A program made the position numbers and the translations under genes. Positions 17,427 through 26,799 of a stretch of 64,000 bases of DNA are shown here, in pieces; position 1 is the stretch's first letter, and each line of letters opens with the position of its first letter. The notes beneath the pieces are model-generated. The model had not been told where the DNA came from and did no database searches. It saw nothing but the letters and a program-made list of their open reading frames with translations. This stretch comes from Clostridia bacterium (GTDB lineage Bacteria > Bacillota > Clostridia > Oscillospirales > CAG-272), in NCBI GenBank assembly GCA_017937845.1, contig JAGBCV010000018.1, positions 23,503 through 87,502 of the forward strand, given 5' to 3'.

Positions 17427-20063
17427 ATGAGAAAAGAACTCGATAAATCCTATAATCCGACGGAGATTGAAAAGCCCTTGTATCAGAAATGGTGCGATGC
17501 AGGCTATTTCACTCCTACGATCGATAAAAGCAAAAAGCCGTTTACCATCGTGATCCCGCCCCCGAACGTAACGGGTCAGCTTCACATGGGACACGCGCTC
17601 GACGAAACCTTGCAGGATACCATCATTCGCTTCAAGCGTATGAGCGGTTATTGCACCCTTTGGGTACCCGGCACCGACCACGCGGGTATCGCAACGCAGA
17701 TCAAAGTAGAAGAAAACCTTAGAAAGGAGCAGGGACTTTCCCGTCACGACCTCGGACGCGAAAAGTTCACCGAGCTTGTTTGGGATTGGAAGTATAAATA
17801 CGGTCATCGTATCATCGAACAGCTCAAGGCGCTCGGTTCCTCCTGCGACTGGACACGCGAGCATTTCACCATGGACGAAACCCTTTCCAAGGCGGTTCGT
17901 AAGAACTTCGTCGACCTCTATAATAAGGGTCTTATCTACCGCGGCTTCCGTATCAGCAACTTCTGCCCGCACTGCGCGACCGCGCTCTCCGATGCGGAAG
18001 TGGAATACAAGGAAAAGGACGGCTCCTTCTGGCATCTCCGTTATCCCGTAAAGGATAGCGACGAATACGTGATCGTTGCCACCACACGTCCCGAGACCAT
18101 GCTCGGTGATACTGCCGTTGCTGTTCATCCCGAGGACGAAAGATATACGCACCTCGTTGGCAAGACGCTCATTCTTCCTCTCGTTGGCAGAGAGATTCCC
18201 GTCGTTGCGGACGAATACGTTGAAAAGGATTTCGGTACGGGCTGTGTTAAGATCACTCCCTGCCATGACCCGAACGACTTTGAAGTCGGTAAGCGTCATG
18301 ACCTTGAAATGATTTCCGTTATCGACGAGCACGCAAAAGTCTGCGGCGGTTACAAATACGACGGCATGGACAGATACGAGGCGAGAAAAGCCATCGTCGC
18401 TGACCTTGAAGCAGGCGGTTATCTCGTCAAGGTCGAAACCTGCAAGCATAACGTCGGTCATTGTCACCGTTGCGGCACAGCACTTGAGCCTCTTGCGTCC
18501 CGTCAGTGGTACGTTAAGATGGAACCCCTTGCAAAAGAAGCGATTCGCGTCGTAGAGGAAGGCGATATCCGCTTTATTCCCGATAGATTCTCTAAAATTT
18601 ACCTCAACTGGATGTATGGAATCCGCGACTGGTGCATCTCCCGTCAGCTTTGGTGGGGTCATAGAATCCCCGCGTTCTACTGCGACGATTGCGGCGAGAT
18701 CAGCGTTTCCGAAAACGATATCACCGTATGTCCGAAATGCGGCGGCACCCATATCCATCAGGAAGAGGACGTTCTCGATACATGGTTTTCCTCCGCATTG
18801 TGGCCTTTCTCCACGCTTGGCTGGCCCGAAAAGACCGAAGACCTCGATTTCTTCTACCCGACCGCGACCCTCGTTACGGGCTACGATATCATCTCCTTCT
18901 GGGTATCTCGTATGATCACGATGGGTATGGAAAATATGAAGGAAAAGCCCTTCTCGAACGTATTCATTCACGGTCTTGTCCGCGACGCAGAGGGACGCAA
19001 GATGTCCAAATCCCTCGGCAACGGCATCGACCCGCTTGAGATCATCGATACCTGCGGTGCAGACGCGCTTCGATTCGCGCTTCTCACAGGTAACTCCCCC
19101 GGTAACGATATGCGTTTCTCTCCCGAAAAGATCGAAGCGGCGAGAAACTTCACCAACAAGATCTGGAACGCATCTCGTTTCGCTCTTATGAATATTCCCG
19201 AAGACCTCGAGGATACCGCGCTTCCCGCGATGGAAGACCTCCGTTTGGAAGACAAATGGATCCTTTCCAAGTTCAACAAGCTTGCCGCTGAGGTTGCGGA
19301 AAATCTCGATAAATACGAGCTTGGTGTTGCTCTCGCCAAGATCTACGACTTCCTTTGGAACGTCCTTTGCGACTGGTATATCGAAGTCATCAAGCCTCGT
19401 CTTTTCACCAAAGAAGGCGCAGACTACGAAAACGCTTGCAGAGTTCTTGCGTACGTTCTCCGCGGTGCGATGGAGCTTCTCCACCCGTTCATGCCCTTTA
19501 TCACAGAAACCATTTGGCAGGCACTTCCTCATGACGGCGAAAGCATCGTGATCACAAGCTATCCCGTTCGCAACGAAGCTCTTATCTTTGAAAAAGAAGA
19601 AGCATCGATGGAGCTTCTCATCACCGCGATCCGTCAGATTCGTAACCGTCGCGCAGAAATGAACGTTCCTCCGTCCAAGAAGGCGAAGATCTATATCGTT
19701 TCTTCCGATAAAGATACCTTCAGCCCCGCTGTTTCCGCATTCTTTGAAAAGCTCGCAGGCGCTTCCTCCGTGGAATATCCCGAAACCTTCCATGACGATA
19801 GCTGTATCCAGATCATTTCCGATAAGGCTCTTATCTACATTCCGCTTGCGGAGATCGTAGATTTTGAAAAGGAGATCGCACGCTTGGAAGCAGAGAAGAA
19901 GAAGCTTCTTTCCGAAATCGAACGCATTGACAAAAAGCTCGCCAATGCAGGCTTCGTTGCCAAAGCACCTGCCGCTGTCATCGACGGCGAAAAGGCAAAG
20001 CGCGCCGCTTATGCAGATAAGCTCGCTTCCGTAGAAGCATCTCTTGCAAAATATCAGGCTTAA
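17427..20063 (+). CDS. valS: valine--tRNA ligase
   Basis: 878 aa. HMGH-type signature ([14 protein letters not shown]), KMSKS motif and a C-terminal coiled coil. Confidence 0.97.
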   Translation: MRKELDKSYNPTEIEKPLYQKWCDAGYFTPTIDKSKKPFTIVIPPPNVTGQLHMGHALDETLQDTIIRFKRMSGYCTLWVPGTDHAGIATQIKVEENLRKEQGLSRHDLGREKFTELVWDWKYKYGHRIIEQLKALGSSCDWTREHFTMDETLSKAVRKNFVDLYNKGLIYRGFRISNFCPHCATALSDAEVEYKEKDGSFWHLRYPVKDSDEYVIVATTRPETMLGDTAVAVHPEDERYTHLVGKTLILPLVGREIPVVADEYVEKDFGTGCVKITPCHDPNDFEVGKRHDLEMISVIDEHAKVCGGYKYDGMDRYEARKAIVADLEAGGYLVKVETCKHNVGHCHRCGTALEPLASRQWYVKMEPLAKEAIRVVEEGDIRFIPDRFSKIYLNWMYGIRDWCISRQLWWGHRIPAFYCDDCGEISVSENDITVCPKCGGTHIHQEEDVLDTWFSSALWPFSTLGWPEKTEDLDFFYPTATLVTGYDIISFWVSRMITMGMENMKEKPFSNVFIHGLVRDAEGRKMSKSLGNGIDPLEIIDTCGADALRFALLTGNSPGNDMRFSPEKIEAARNFTNKIWNASRFALMNIPEDLEDTALPAMEDLRLEDKWILSKFNKLAAEVAENLDKYELGVALAKIYDFLWNVLCDWYIEVIKPRLFTKEGADYENACRVLAYVLRGAMELLHPFMPFITETIWQALPHDGESIVITSYPVRNEALIFEKEEASMELLITAIRQIRNRRAEMNVPPSKKAKIYIVSSDKDTFSPAVSAFFEKLAGASSVEYPETFHDDSCIQIISDKALIYIPLAEIVDFEKEIARLEAEKKKLLSEIERIDKKLANAGFVAKAPAAVIDGEKAKRAAYADKLASVEASLAKYQA

Positions 20064-20087
20064 TTTTTGAAAAAATCTTGATTTTTG

Positions 20088-20117
20088 TGAAACATTTTCA
20101 TATTTTTTCCGACTATA
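20088..20117 (+). promoter_or_regulatory. ECF-type promoter-like motif, copy 2
   Basis: TGAAAC (20088-20093), 16 nt, CGACTATA (20110-20117). Confidence 0.45.
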
Positions 20118-20139
20118 TAAATAGAGAACGTCAAAAAAC

Positions 20140-20168
20140 TTGACGAAACAGAGAAAACGGTTTATACT
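20140..20168 (+). promoter_or_regulatory. sigma-A promoter embedded in the valS terminator region
   Basis: TTGACG (20140-20145), 17 nt, TATACT (20163-20168). The -10 lies inside the left arm and loop of the 20153..20191 hairpin. Confidence 0.45.
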
Positions 20169-20191
20169 GAGAATATAAACCGTTTTCTTTT
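20153..20191 (+). terminator. intrinsic terminator (valS) / 14-bp perfect palindrome
   Basis: GAAAACGGTTTATA ctgagaa TATAAACCGTTTTC followed by TTTT. Confidence 0.7.
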
Positions 20192-20215
20192 GTATGAACA
20201 TAAGGAGGTTTTTCT

Positions 20216-21103
20216 ATGAAAAAAGTTTTCGCATTGGTTCTCACACTTCTCATGGTGATGATGCTTTTCACCTCATGCAGTGATGGCGGTGTCGCCATGA
20301 ACGATTCTTCTTATAACAAATCCGAGAGCGGATATACGACAGAATCGACAACAACGAGCGACGATGTTGCCAAGGATGAAAATGCCCTTGCGCGCAAGAT
20401 CATCAAAACCTATCGTATTCGCATGGAAACGCTTGAATATGATGTAGCGGCGGCGCTCATTACGTCTGCGGCAGAGCGCTTTGGCGGATATATTTCCGAA
20501 GCGACGCAGGAGGGTGTCAGCTCGACCTCTTCTTCATATACGACACGCTCCGCGACTTATACCGTAAGAGTGCCTGCTGAAAGAGCAGATGCGTATATCG
20601 AGCATATTTCGGGAGATTGCAATGTGTTGTCATCTTCTCTTGCAACGCAGGACGTGACCGATTCGTATTACGGGTATCAAGCGCGCCTTGATAGTCTTAT
20701 CGTGCAGGAAGAACGTCTCACAGCCATGATGGAAAAAGCCCAGACACTTTCTGAGCTTCTCACGTTGGAAGATAAACTTTCCGATGTCAGAGCGGAGATC
20801 AACGGTATCAACAGTTCCTTGCAGCTGATGGATAAATCCGTAACCTATTCGTACGTTTATGTTACGCTCAAAGAGGTCAAGGAATATCAGGAACCTGAGG
20901 CGGAAAGCTATCTTTCCCGTCTTGGCGCATCTTTTGTCGGTGCATTTGAGAGCTTTGTAACGGTTGTCGGTGAAATTTTCATTGCGTTTGTTTGGATGCT
21001 TCCGTATCTTTTGATCGCGGCTGTGATCGCCGTGATCGTCATTGTTTGCACCAAAAAGCGCAAGGATAAGAAAAATAAGACTGATATTGAAAAGAAAGAC
21101 TAA
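20216..21103 (+). CDS. DUF4349-like lipoprotein with a C-terminal TM anchor
   Basis: Signal peptide with lipobox LFTSC, a central coiled coil (LDSLIVQEERLTAMMEKAQTLSELLTLEDKLSDVRAEI) and a C-terminal TM segment followed by a KKRKDKK tail. Confidence 0.65.
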   Translation: MKKVFALVLTLLMVMMLFTSCSDGGVAMNDSSYNKSESGYTTESTTTSDDVAKDENALARKIIKTYRIRMETLEYDVAAALITSAAERFGGYISEATQEGVSSTSSSYTTRSATYTVRVPAERADAYIEHISGDCNVLSSSLATQDVTDSYYGYQARLDSLIVQEERLTAMMEKAQTLSELLTLEDKLSDVRAEINGINSSLQLMDKSVTYSYVYVTLKEVKEYQEPEAESYLSRLGASFVGAFESFVTVVGEIFIAFVWMLPYLLIAAVIAVIVIVCTKKRKDKKNKTDIEKKD

Positions 21104-21138
21104 GTTCTATTCCTAAAAAATTGATTTCTCATGCCAAG

Positions 21139-21172
21139 AATCCCGATGGTGTCATACCATCGGGATTTTTTT
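21139..21172 (+). terminator. intrinsic terminator
   Basis: 12-bp stem AATCCCGATGGT / ACCATCGGGATT followed by a T-run. Confidence 0.85.
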
Positions 21173-21290
21173 GCTTTTTATCGGGTGTAAGTGCAACTTA
21201 ACTGCAAAAATCGACCTGTTGAGTAAAAAGGATTTACAAATTTTTGACTTTATGCTACAATGTAGAAAAAAGACAACGAGGAGGTAGCAT

Positions 21291-22025
21291 ATGCTCATAT
21301 CGGCTGCGGAGGGTTTATTTTTAAGCGGAGGAATTGGATATACAGTGCTGGTTCCGCTTTTGCGCGTCTTGGCGACACTTTTGATGGCGATTTCCACCTA
21401 TCAGCTTTTGAAAATGCGAGATGACTCCCATAAGGTCAGATGGATGCTCGGCATCATCCTCGCGCCTATCCCCATCAGAATCCTTTATGAAATCTATCGA
21501 AGATTTATCTACATCGATAAGCATAACGAATCGAAGTTAAGTAAAAAGTCAAGCAACCGTTTGTTATTTTGGTCGATCATTCTCTCGGTTTTGGTGTGGA
21601 TTTTGTCATTGATCTCCATGATCTCGATGGGCGCAGGATATCTTAAGGGCGTTTTTGATGGAGATTACGTTACCAATTACCACGATATCCACGGAACGGA
21701 GTATATTTCCTATATGGACGTTCCTCTTTATGACCGCGAGGGAAACACCTATATGTATGAGCCAGAATGGTTCGTCCCGGGAGATTATATGGATGCAAAC
21801 GGCGATATCTATGAAAATGAATGCTCGTATTTGGATGAGGACGGATATTTTTATTACGATACCGATGGAAAACTTACTTTTTATCATGAAGATGGCTATT
21901 ATCGATACTATACCGATGGCGAAAAGCTTTATTTTTCCTTGGAAAGCTACGTATATTGGGATGAGGACGGCGTGATGTATGATAAGAGCGGAAAGTATTC
22001 CCAAGAATTATTTGATTTTGATTGA
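21291..22025 (+). CDS. membrane protein with a PLD-N-like TM hairpin and a Tyr/Asp-rich repeat C-terminus
   Basis: The N-terminal TM pair carries HKVRWMLGIILAPIPIRILYEIYRR. The C-terminus is rich in DxDGxxY-type repeats (DANGDIYENECSYLDEDGYFYYDTDGKLTFYHEDGYYRYYTDGEKLY). Confidence 0.55.
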   Translation: MLISAAEGLFLSGGIGYTVLVPLLRVLATLLMAISTYQLLKMRDDSHKVRWMLGIILAPIPIRILYEIYRRFIYIDKHNESKLSKKSSNRLLFWSIILSVLVWILSLISMISMGAGYLKGVFDGDYVTNYHDIHGTEYISYMDVPLYDREGNTYMYEPEWFVPGDYMDANGDIYENECSYLDEDGYFYYDTDGKLTFYHEDGYYRYYTDGEKLYFSLESYVYWDEDGVMYDKSGKYSQELFDFD

Positions 22026-22030
22026 CATAG

Positions 22031-22070
22031 AAAAAACAACCGCAAATGCGAGCATTTGCGGTTGTTTTGT
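22031..22070. terminator. bidirectional terminator
   Basis: CAACCGCAAATGC / GCATTTGCGGTTG stem flanked by A- and T-runs, between convergent genes. Confidence 0.8.
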
Positions 22071-22078
22071 TATATGAA

Positions 22079-23275
22079 TCAAGTCGTGATTTGGAAGCCA
22101 GCTTTGGCAATTTCATCTTTCAGCGTTTCGATGTGTGCGAAATCGCGGGTCTCTACGCTGACGCGCACGTAACAGCTTGCGATTGCCATGTTGGGGTCGG
22201 AGCGTTCATGACGAACAGAGGTGATGTTCGCACCGCAACGGGAAATGACCTCGCAGAGGTTTACGAGCTGACCGGGTCTGTCGGCAAGCGGAATGGTGAG
22301 CGTTGCCTTTCTGCCCGAGGTAACAAGACCTCTGGTGATAACGCGGGAGAGGATATTTACGTCGATATTACCGCCCGAAACGAGGCAAGCAACCTTTTTG
22401 CCCTTGATGGGAAGCTTGCCGAACATTGCCGCCGCAACGCTGACCGCGCCCGCGCCTTCGGAAACGAGCTTCTGCTTTTCGATCATGGCAAGGATAGCCG
22501 CCGCGATCTCATCTTCGGAAACGGTTACGATATCGTCAACGTACTCTTGAACCATCTGGAACGTGGTGTCGCCGGGATGCTTAACGGCGATACCGTCTGC
22601 AAACGTAGAAACGCTTGCGAGCGTGATCTGTTCGCCCTGCTTACGGCTTTCGTACATGCTGGGCGCGTTTGCCGCCTGTACGCCGTATACCTTGATGGAG
22701 GGGCGAAGCTGTTTGATGGCGAAGGCAACGCCGGAGATCAGACCGCCGCCGCCGATCGGAACGATAACGGCATCTACGTCGGGCATCTGGTCGAGGATCT
22801 CAAGACCAACGGTACCCTGACCTGCGATGACGAGCTCGTCGTCGAACGGGTGAATGAGTGTTGCGCCTGTTTCCTTCTGAAGCTCGATTGCCTTTGCATA
22901 AGCATCATCGTATGCGCCGGGGGTGAGAACGACCTCTGCGCCGAGACGCTTGGTGGATTCTACCTTACTGATGGGGGCGCTGGCAGGCATACAAACGACG
23001 CTCTTTACGCCCTGTCTGGTTGCGGCGAGAGCAACGCCCTGCGCGTGGTTGCCCGCACTGCAAGCGATGATACCTGCGGCTTTCTGTTCTTCTGTGAGCT
23101 GACTGATCTTGTAGTATGCACCGCGGAGCTTAAAGCTACCCGTTACCTGGAGATTTTCGGTCTTGAGGTAAATGTCAGCATCATTGCTGAGAAGAGGCGC
23201 ATGGATGAGGTCGGTCTTTCTCGCAACTTCGCGGAGAACGAAGGCGGCATGATAGATTTTGTCAAGTGTCAACAT
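22079..23275 (-). CDS. ilvA: threonine ammonia-lyase (threonine dehydratase)
   Basis: 398 aa. PLP-lysine motif TGSFKLRGA, GGGGLISG glycine loop and a single C-terminal ACT-like domain. Confidence 0.9.
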   Translation of the reverse strand: MLTLDKIYHAAFVLREVARKTDLIHAPLLSNDADIYLKTENLQVTGSFKLRGAYYKISQLTEEQKAAGIIACSAGNHAQGVALAATRQGVKSVVCMPASAPISKVESTKRLGAEVVLTPGAYDDAYAKAIELQKETGATLIHPFDDELVIAGQGTVGLEILDQMPDVDAVIVPIGGGGLISGVAFAIKQLRPSIKVYGVQAANAPSMYESRKQGEQITLASVSTFADGIAVKHPGDTTFQMVQEYVDDIVTVSEDEIAAAILAMIEKQKLVSEGAGAVSVAAAMFGKLPIKGKKVACLVSGGNIDVNILSRVITRGLVTSGRKATLTIPLADRPGQLVNLCEVISRCGANITSVRHERSDPNMAIASCYVRVSVETRDFAHIETLKDEIAKAGFQITT

Positions 23276-24590
23276 GATTTTTTAGTGATTCCTTTCCTTC
23301 GAGATAATGTATAAATTGCTGAGCGGTTCGTCCGGAGATACCTCCATGACGAATCTCCCAACGATTGGCGAGCTGTATGAGCTCGTCTTCGTCAATGTCG
23401 ATGACAGCCTTACGCTTTGCGAGCTCCTTGACGATCTCGTGATAAAGCTGTCTGCCGGGCGCGCTGTAATTGATGGCAACGCCAAAGCGCGCGGCAAGGG
23501 AAAGTTTTTCCTCCATGGTGTCCGAATGATGGATATCGTTTTCGTATTCCATGTCGCCGCGATCTTTCCAGGTTTCCTTGATGAGATGACGGCGATTCGA
23601 GGTCGCGTAGATCAAAATGTTATCGGGACGTGTTTCCACACCGCCTTCGATGACAGCCTTGAGGAATTTATATTCCAGCTCGTTTTCCTCAAACGAAAGG
23701 TCGTCGATGAAGATGATGTAGCGGTAATTGCGGTTTTTGATGGTGGCGATGATTTCCGAAAGGTCGCGGAATTGGTGCTTATAAATTTCGATCATACGAA
23801 GTCCCGAGTCGTAATATTCATTGATAAGCGCCTTGACGGATGAGGATTTACCCGTACCCGCATCGCCGTAGAGAAGCACATTGTTGGCAGGATAGCCGTG
23901 AATGAAGGCTTCCGTATTGGCAACGAGCTCTTTTTTCTGTGTTTCATAGCCGACCATATCGGCAAGCATGACCTTATCCGTGTTGTTGATGGGGAGAAAT
24001 TCCACACCGTTTCCGAGATTCTGAATACGGAATGCGCGGTTCAGTCCAAACATTCCGACGCCGTATGCGCGGTAAAAATCCGTTACGAGCGTGAAAATTT
24101 CATCTTCATCTTTCGCGCCTGCGATCTTCTCACTGAGAGATTGCACCTTCTCACTGACACTGCGGTAGTAATGCTTTTCGGATTTGCGGATCGCCGTATA
24201 ATGGGTCAGCGTGGTAAAGCAATCGATACCGAGCTCGCGTTCGATCTCAGAAAAATCAAAGCGGAAAAGATTTTGAAAGATTTTAAAATCATGCTTTGCG
24301 AAATGATTGACGGAGCCTTCGCCCGCGCCGCGGCGCTCCGCGGTGAGGGTAAAGGAATTTTCATTGGTCAAAAGGATAAAGGTGAGGTAATTTTGCCAAA
24401 GATTACGGTCAAAGCCGTATTTGGTAGCAAGGTCGAGAAGTCTTTTGACTTCGGTGAAGATGCGTTTTGTAAGCGCGGCTTTCGATTCCGTTTTTTCTTC
24501 AAAATCACGGAATATCTCCGCAAGATTTTGCAAAATGGCGTTTTCACCGAGGTCGCTGTAAAGAATCAGACCCGAAAGTTCACGATACAT
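23262..24590 (-). CDS. AAA-type ATP-binding protein of the DUF815 family
   Basis: 442 aa. Walker A LLYGDAGTGKSS and Walker B YIIFIDDLSF. Overlaps ilvA by 14 nt. Confidence 0.7.
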   Translation of the reverse strand: MYRELSGLILYSDLGENAILQNLAEIFRDFEEKTESKAALTKRIFTEVKRLLDLATKYGFDRNLWQNYLTFILLTNENSFTLTAERRGAGEGSVNHFAKHDFKIFQNLFRFDFSEIERELGIDCFTTLTHYTAIRKSEKHYYRSVSEKVQSLSEKIAGAKDEDEIFTLVTDFYRAYGVGMFGLNRAFRIQNLGNGVEFLPINNTDKVMLADMVGYETQKKELVANTEAFIHGYPANNVLLYGDAGTGKSSSVKALINEYYDSGLRMIEIYKHQFRDLSEIIATIKNRNYRYIIFIDDLSFEENELEYKFLKAVIEGGVETRPDNILIYATSNRRHLIKETWKDRGDMEYENDIHHSDTMEEKLSLAARFGVAINYSAPGRQLYHEIVKELAKRKAVIDIDEDELIQLANRWEIRHGGISGRTAQQFIHYLEGKESLKNHVDT

Positions 24591-24605
24591 CGTCTTTCCC
24601 TCGGT

Positions 24606-26267
24606 TTAGTTCAAAATTGCGCCCTTGTCGGCGGAGGAAACGAGCTTCGCATAGCGTGCGAGATAGCCGCTCTTTACCTTCGGTTCGGGGCATACCCATG
24701 CGGCTTTGCGTTTTGCAAGCTCCTCGTCGGATACGTTCAAGGTGATCTTGCAATTCGGAATGTCGATGGAGATGATATCGCCTTCTTCAACGAGCGCGAT
24801 CGTACCGCCTGCGGCGGCTTCGGGGGAAACGTGTCCGATGGACGCGCCGCGGGTCGCACCCGAGAAACGTCCGTCTGTGATGAGCGCGACGGATTCGCCA
24901 AGACCCATACCGCAGATCGCGGAGGTGGGATTGAGCATTTCGCGCATACCGGGACCGCCCTTGGGACCTTCATAGCGAATGACGACGACGTCGCCTGCGT
25001 GGATTTCCTTGGCATAGATCGCCTTGATGGCTTCGTCTTCGGAGTTGAATACGCGCGCAGGACCTTCGTGGACCATCATTTCGGGCGCAACGGCAGACTG
25101 CTTGACAACACAGCCGTCAACTGCCAAATTACCCTTGAGAACGGCAATACCGCCGTTTTGCGAGTACGGATTTTCGATGGGGCGAATGATCTCATGATCG
25201 AGATTCTGTACGTTTTCGAGATTTTCCGCCATGGTCTTGCCCGTTACGGTCATGACGGAGAGGTCAAGAAGATTCTTCTTGGTAAGCTCCTTCATGACTG
25301 CGTAAACACCGCCTGCGCGGTCGAGGTCTTCCATAAAGGTATCGCCCGCAGGAGCAAGATGGCAGAGGTTCGGGGTGTTTGCGCTGATGGCGTTGGATTC
25401 ATCGAGGCTGATGGTAACGCCTGCTTCGTGCGCGATAGCAGGGAGGTGAAGCATGGTATTGGTAGAGCAACCGAGCGCCATATCGACGGTCTCCGCGTTG
25501 TGAAGTGCGGCGGGAGTCATGATGTCGCGCGGACGAATGTTCTTTTCGATGAGCTCCATGACCTTCATGCCTGCGTGCTTGGCAAGACGGATTCTTGCGG
25601 AATATGCCGCAGGAACGGTGCCGTTGCCGGGGAGCGCCATACCGATGGCTTCCGTGAGGCAGTTCATGGAGTTTGCGGTATACATACCGGAGCAGGAACC
25701 GCAAGTGGGACAAGCGTTTTCTTCATAATCGAGAACGCCCTTTTCGTCGAGCGTGCCTGCGTGATAAGCGCCGACAGCCTCGAACATATGAGAAAGACAG
25801 GTGCGTCTGCCGTCTTTGAGATGACCTGCAAGCATCGGACCGCCCGAACAGAAGATGGTCGGAATGTTGAGTCTTGCCGCCGCCATGAGAAGACCGGGAA
25901 CGTTTTTGTCGCAGTTCGGGATCATGACAAGACCGTCAAACTGATGTGCCATGACCATGGATTCCGTGGAATCCGCGATAAGGTCACGGGTAACGAGGGA
26001 ATATTTCATGCCGACATGACCCATGGCGATGCCGTCACAAACGGCGATGGCAGGGAACATGATGGGCGTACCGCCTGCGGCGCGAACGCCTGCTTTGACG
26101 GCTTCTTCGATTTTATCAAGGTTCATATGACCCGGAACGATTTCATTATGAGAAGATACGATGCCGACGATGGGACGGCTCATTTCTTCTTCTGTCAGAC
26201 CGAGCGCGAAAAGAAGGCTGCGGTTCGGGGCGCGTTCCACGCCGCGTTTGATGTTATCGGAAAGCAT
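24606..26267 (-). CDS. ilvD: dihydroxy-acid dehydratase
   Basis: 553 aa. [24 protein letters not shown] and GRFSG motifs. Confidence 0.95.
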   Translation of the reverse strand: MLSDNIKRGVERAPNRSLLFALGLTEEEMSRPIVGIVSSHNEIVPGHMNLDKIEEAVKAGVRAAGGTPIMFPAIAVCDGIAMGHVGMKYSLVTRDLIADSTESMVMAHQFDGLVMIPNCDKNVPGLLMAAARLNIPTIFCSGGPMLAGHLKDGRRTCLSHMFEAVGAYHAGTLDEKGVLDYEENACPTCGSCSGMYTANSMNCLTEAIGMALPGNGTVPAAYSARIRLAKHAGMKVMELIEKNIRPRDIMTPAALHNAETVDMALGCSTNTMLHLPAIAHEAGVTISLDESNAISANTPNLCHLAPAGDTFMEDLDRAGGVYAVMKELTKKNLLDLSVMTVTGKTMAENLENVQNLDHEIIRPIENPYSQNGGIAVLKGNLAVDGCVVKQSAVAPEMMVHEGPARVFNSEDEAIKAIYAKEIHAGDVVVIRYEGPKGGPGMREMLNPTSAICGMGLGESVALITDGRFSGATRGASIGHVSPEAAAGGTIALVEEGDIISIDIPNCKITLNVSDEELAKRKAAWVCPEPKVKSGYLARYAKLVSSADKGAILN

Positions 26268-26302
26268 AAGGGGAATCTCCGTTGTTTATTTTTTATTATG
26301 AT

Positions 26303-26333
26303 CAACTTTTTTCTTGTTGTAAGAAAAAAGTTG
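26303..26333. repeat. 13-bp-arm perfect palindrome 35 nt upstream of ilvD
   Basis: CAACTTTTTTCTT gttgt AAGAAAAAAGTTG. Confidence 0.6.
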
Positions 26334-26572
26334 CAAAAAAGAAGCAAAAAACCTGCGGTTTTATCGCTTATAGATTTTGAAAGCTTGCTTTCGCGTTCTC
26401 CTATCGCCTATTATCCGGCTCAAAGAACGCGGTTATATCGTAGCGATTATCCAATGTCGCGTAATTCATGTCGGCAAAATGGATTTATCTTAGACGTGCT
26501 CGCGCTCAGTGAAAATAGCGCGTATCGAACGGCACTAAAGCGCCGCCACAAATAAAATTCGATACTTTTGCC

Positions 26573-26665
26573 CATCGGCGTGGTTCCGAGGTCGACCCGT
26601 AGCGTTGCCGCGGAGGGTCAAGCGAACACGAAGTGTTCGCGCAGAGACCGTTCGGGGAGCCGATA
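26573..26665 (-). ncRNA. compact four-helix RNA-like fold of unknown class in the ilvC-ilvD spacer
   Basis: P1 is ATCGGC (26574-79) / GCCGAT (26659-64). P2 is CCGAGGTC (26586-93) / GACC-gt-TCGG (26646-55). P3 is GACCC..GCG-loop-CGC..GGGTC (26594-26619). P4 is GCGAACAC-3nt-GTGTTCGC (26622-40). On the minus strand the P3 loop reads GCAA (GNRA), so I assign the ilv strand. Confidence 0.35.
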
Positions 26666-26723
26666 GAACCGCATATGAAAATCCGCACAAGCGGTCAACC
26701 TGCAAGGTTGTCTGCTTCTTTTG

Positions 26724-26752
26724 CCACTTTTCTTTCAGATAAAGAAAAGTGG
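26724..26752. repeat. 12-bp-arm perfect palindrome just downstream of ilvC
   Basis: CCACTTTTCTTT cagat AAAGAAAAGTGG, similar in sequence theme to 26303..26333. Confidence 0.6.
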
Positions 26753-26767
26753 AGAGAAAGCCAAGTA

Positions 26768-26789
26768 TCCCGAGGTTTCCCTCGGGATA
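26768..26789 (-). terminator. hairpin after ilvC (weak terminator; no clear T-run)
   Basis: ATCCCGAGG / CCTCGGGAT 9-bp stem with a GAAA loop on the minus strand. Confidence 0.4.
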
Positions 26790-26799
26790 AATTTGGTTA

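Noticed and set aside
17358-20201. 947-aa minus-strand ORF, the longest in the window
   Set aside because: It is fully antisense to valS, which is unambiguous (HMGH and KMSKS motifs). The ORF starts inside the valS promoter and has no RBS or domains. It is a typical stop-poor shadow frame of a codon-biased gene.
22046-23314. 422-aa plus-strand ORF
   Set aside because: It is antisense to ilvA (PLP-lysine motif) and starts within the bidirectional terminator.
23898-26555. 885-aa plus-strand ORF
   Set aside because: It is antisense to the DUF815 ATPase and ilvD, spans their intergenic gap, is low-complexity (Gly/Arg/Ala/Val-rich) and has no motifs.
26573-26665. Possible ykkC-family (guanidine/ppGpp/PRPP) riboswitch or T-box in the ilvC-ilvD spacer
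   Set aside because: GGTTCCG and CGGGGAGCC strings loosely recall ykkC, but they lie on the strand opposite to the ilv genes, and the remaining conserved blocks (GGUCCGAGAG, ACGGCGGGA-AAAAGCCCGGGAG) are absent. CGGAACCACG does not fit the T-box UGGNACC bulge. The class is left unknown.
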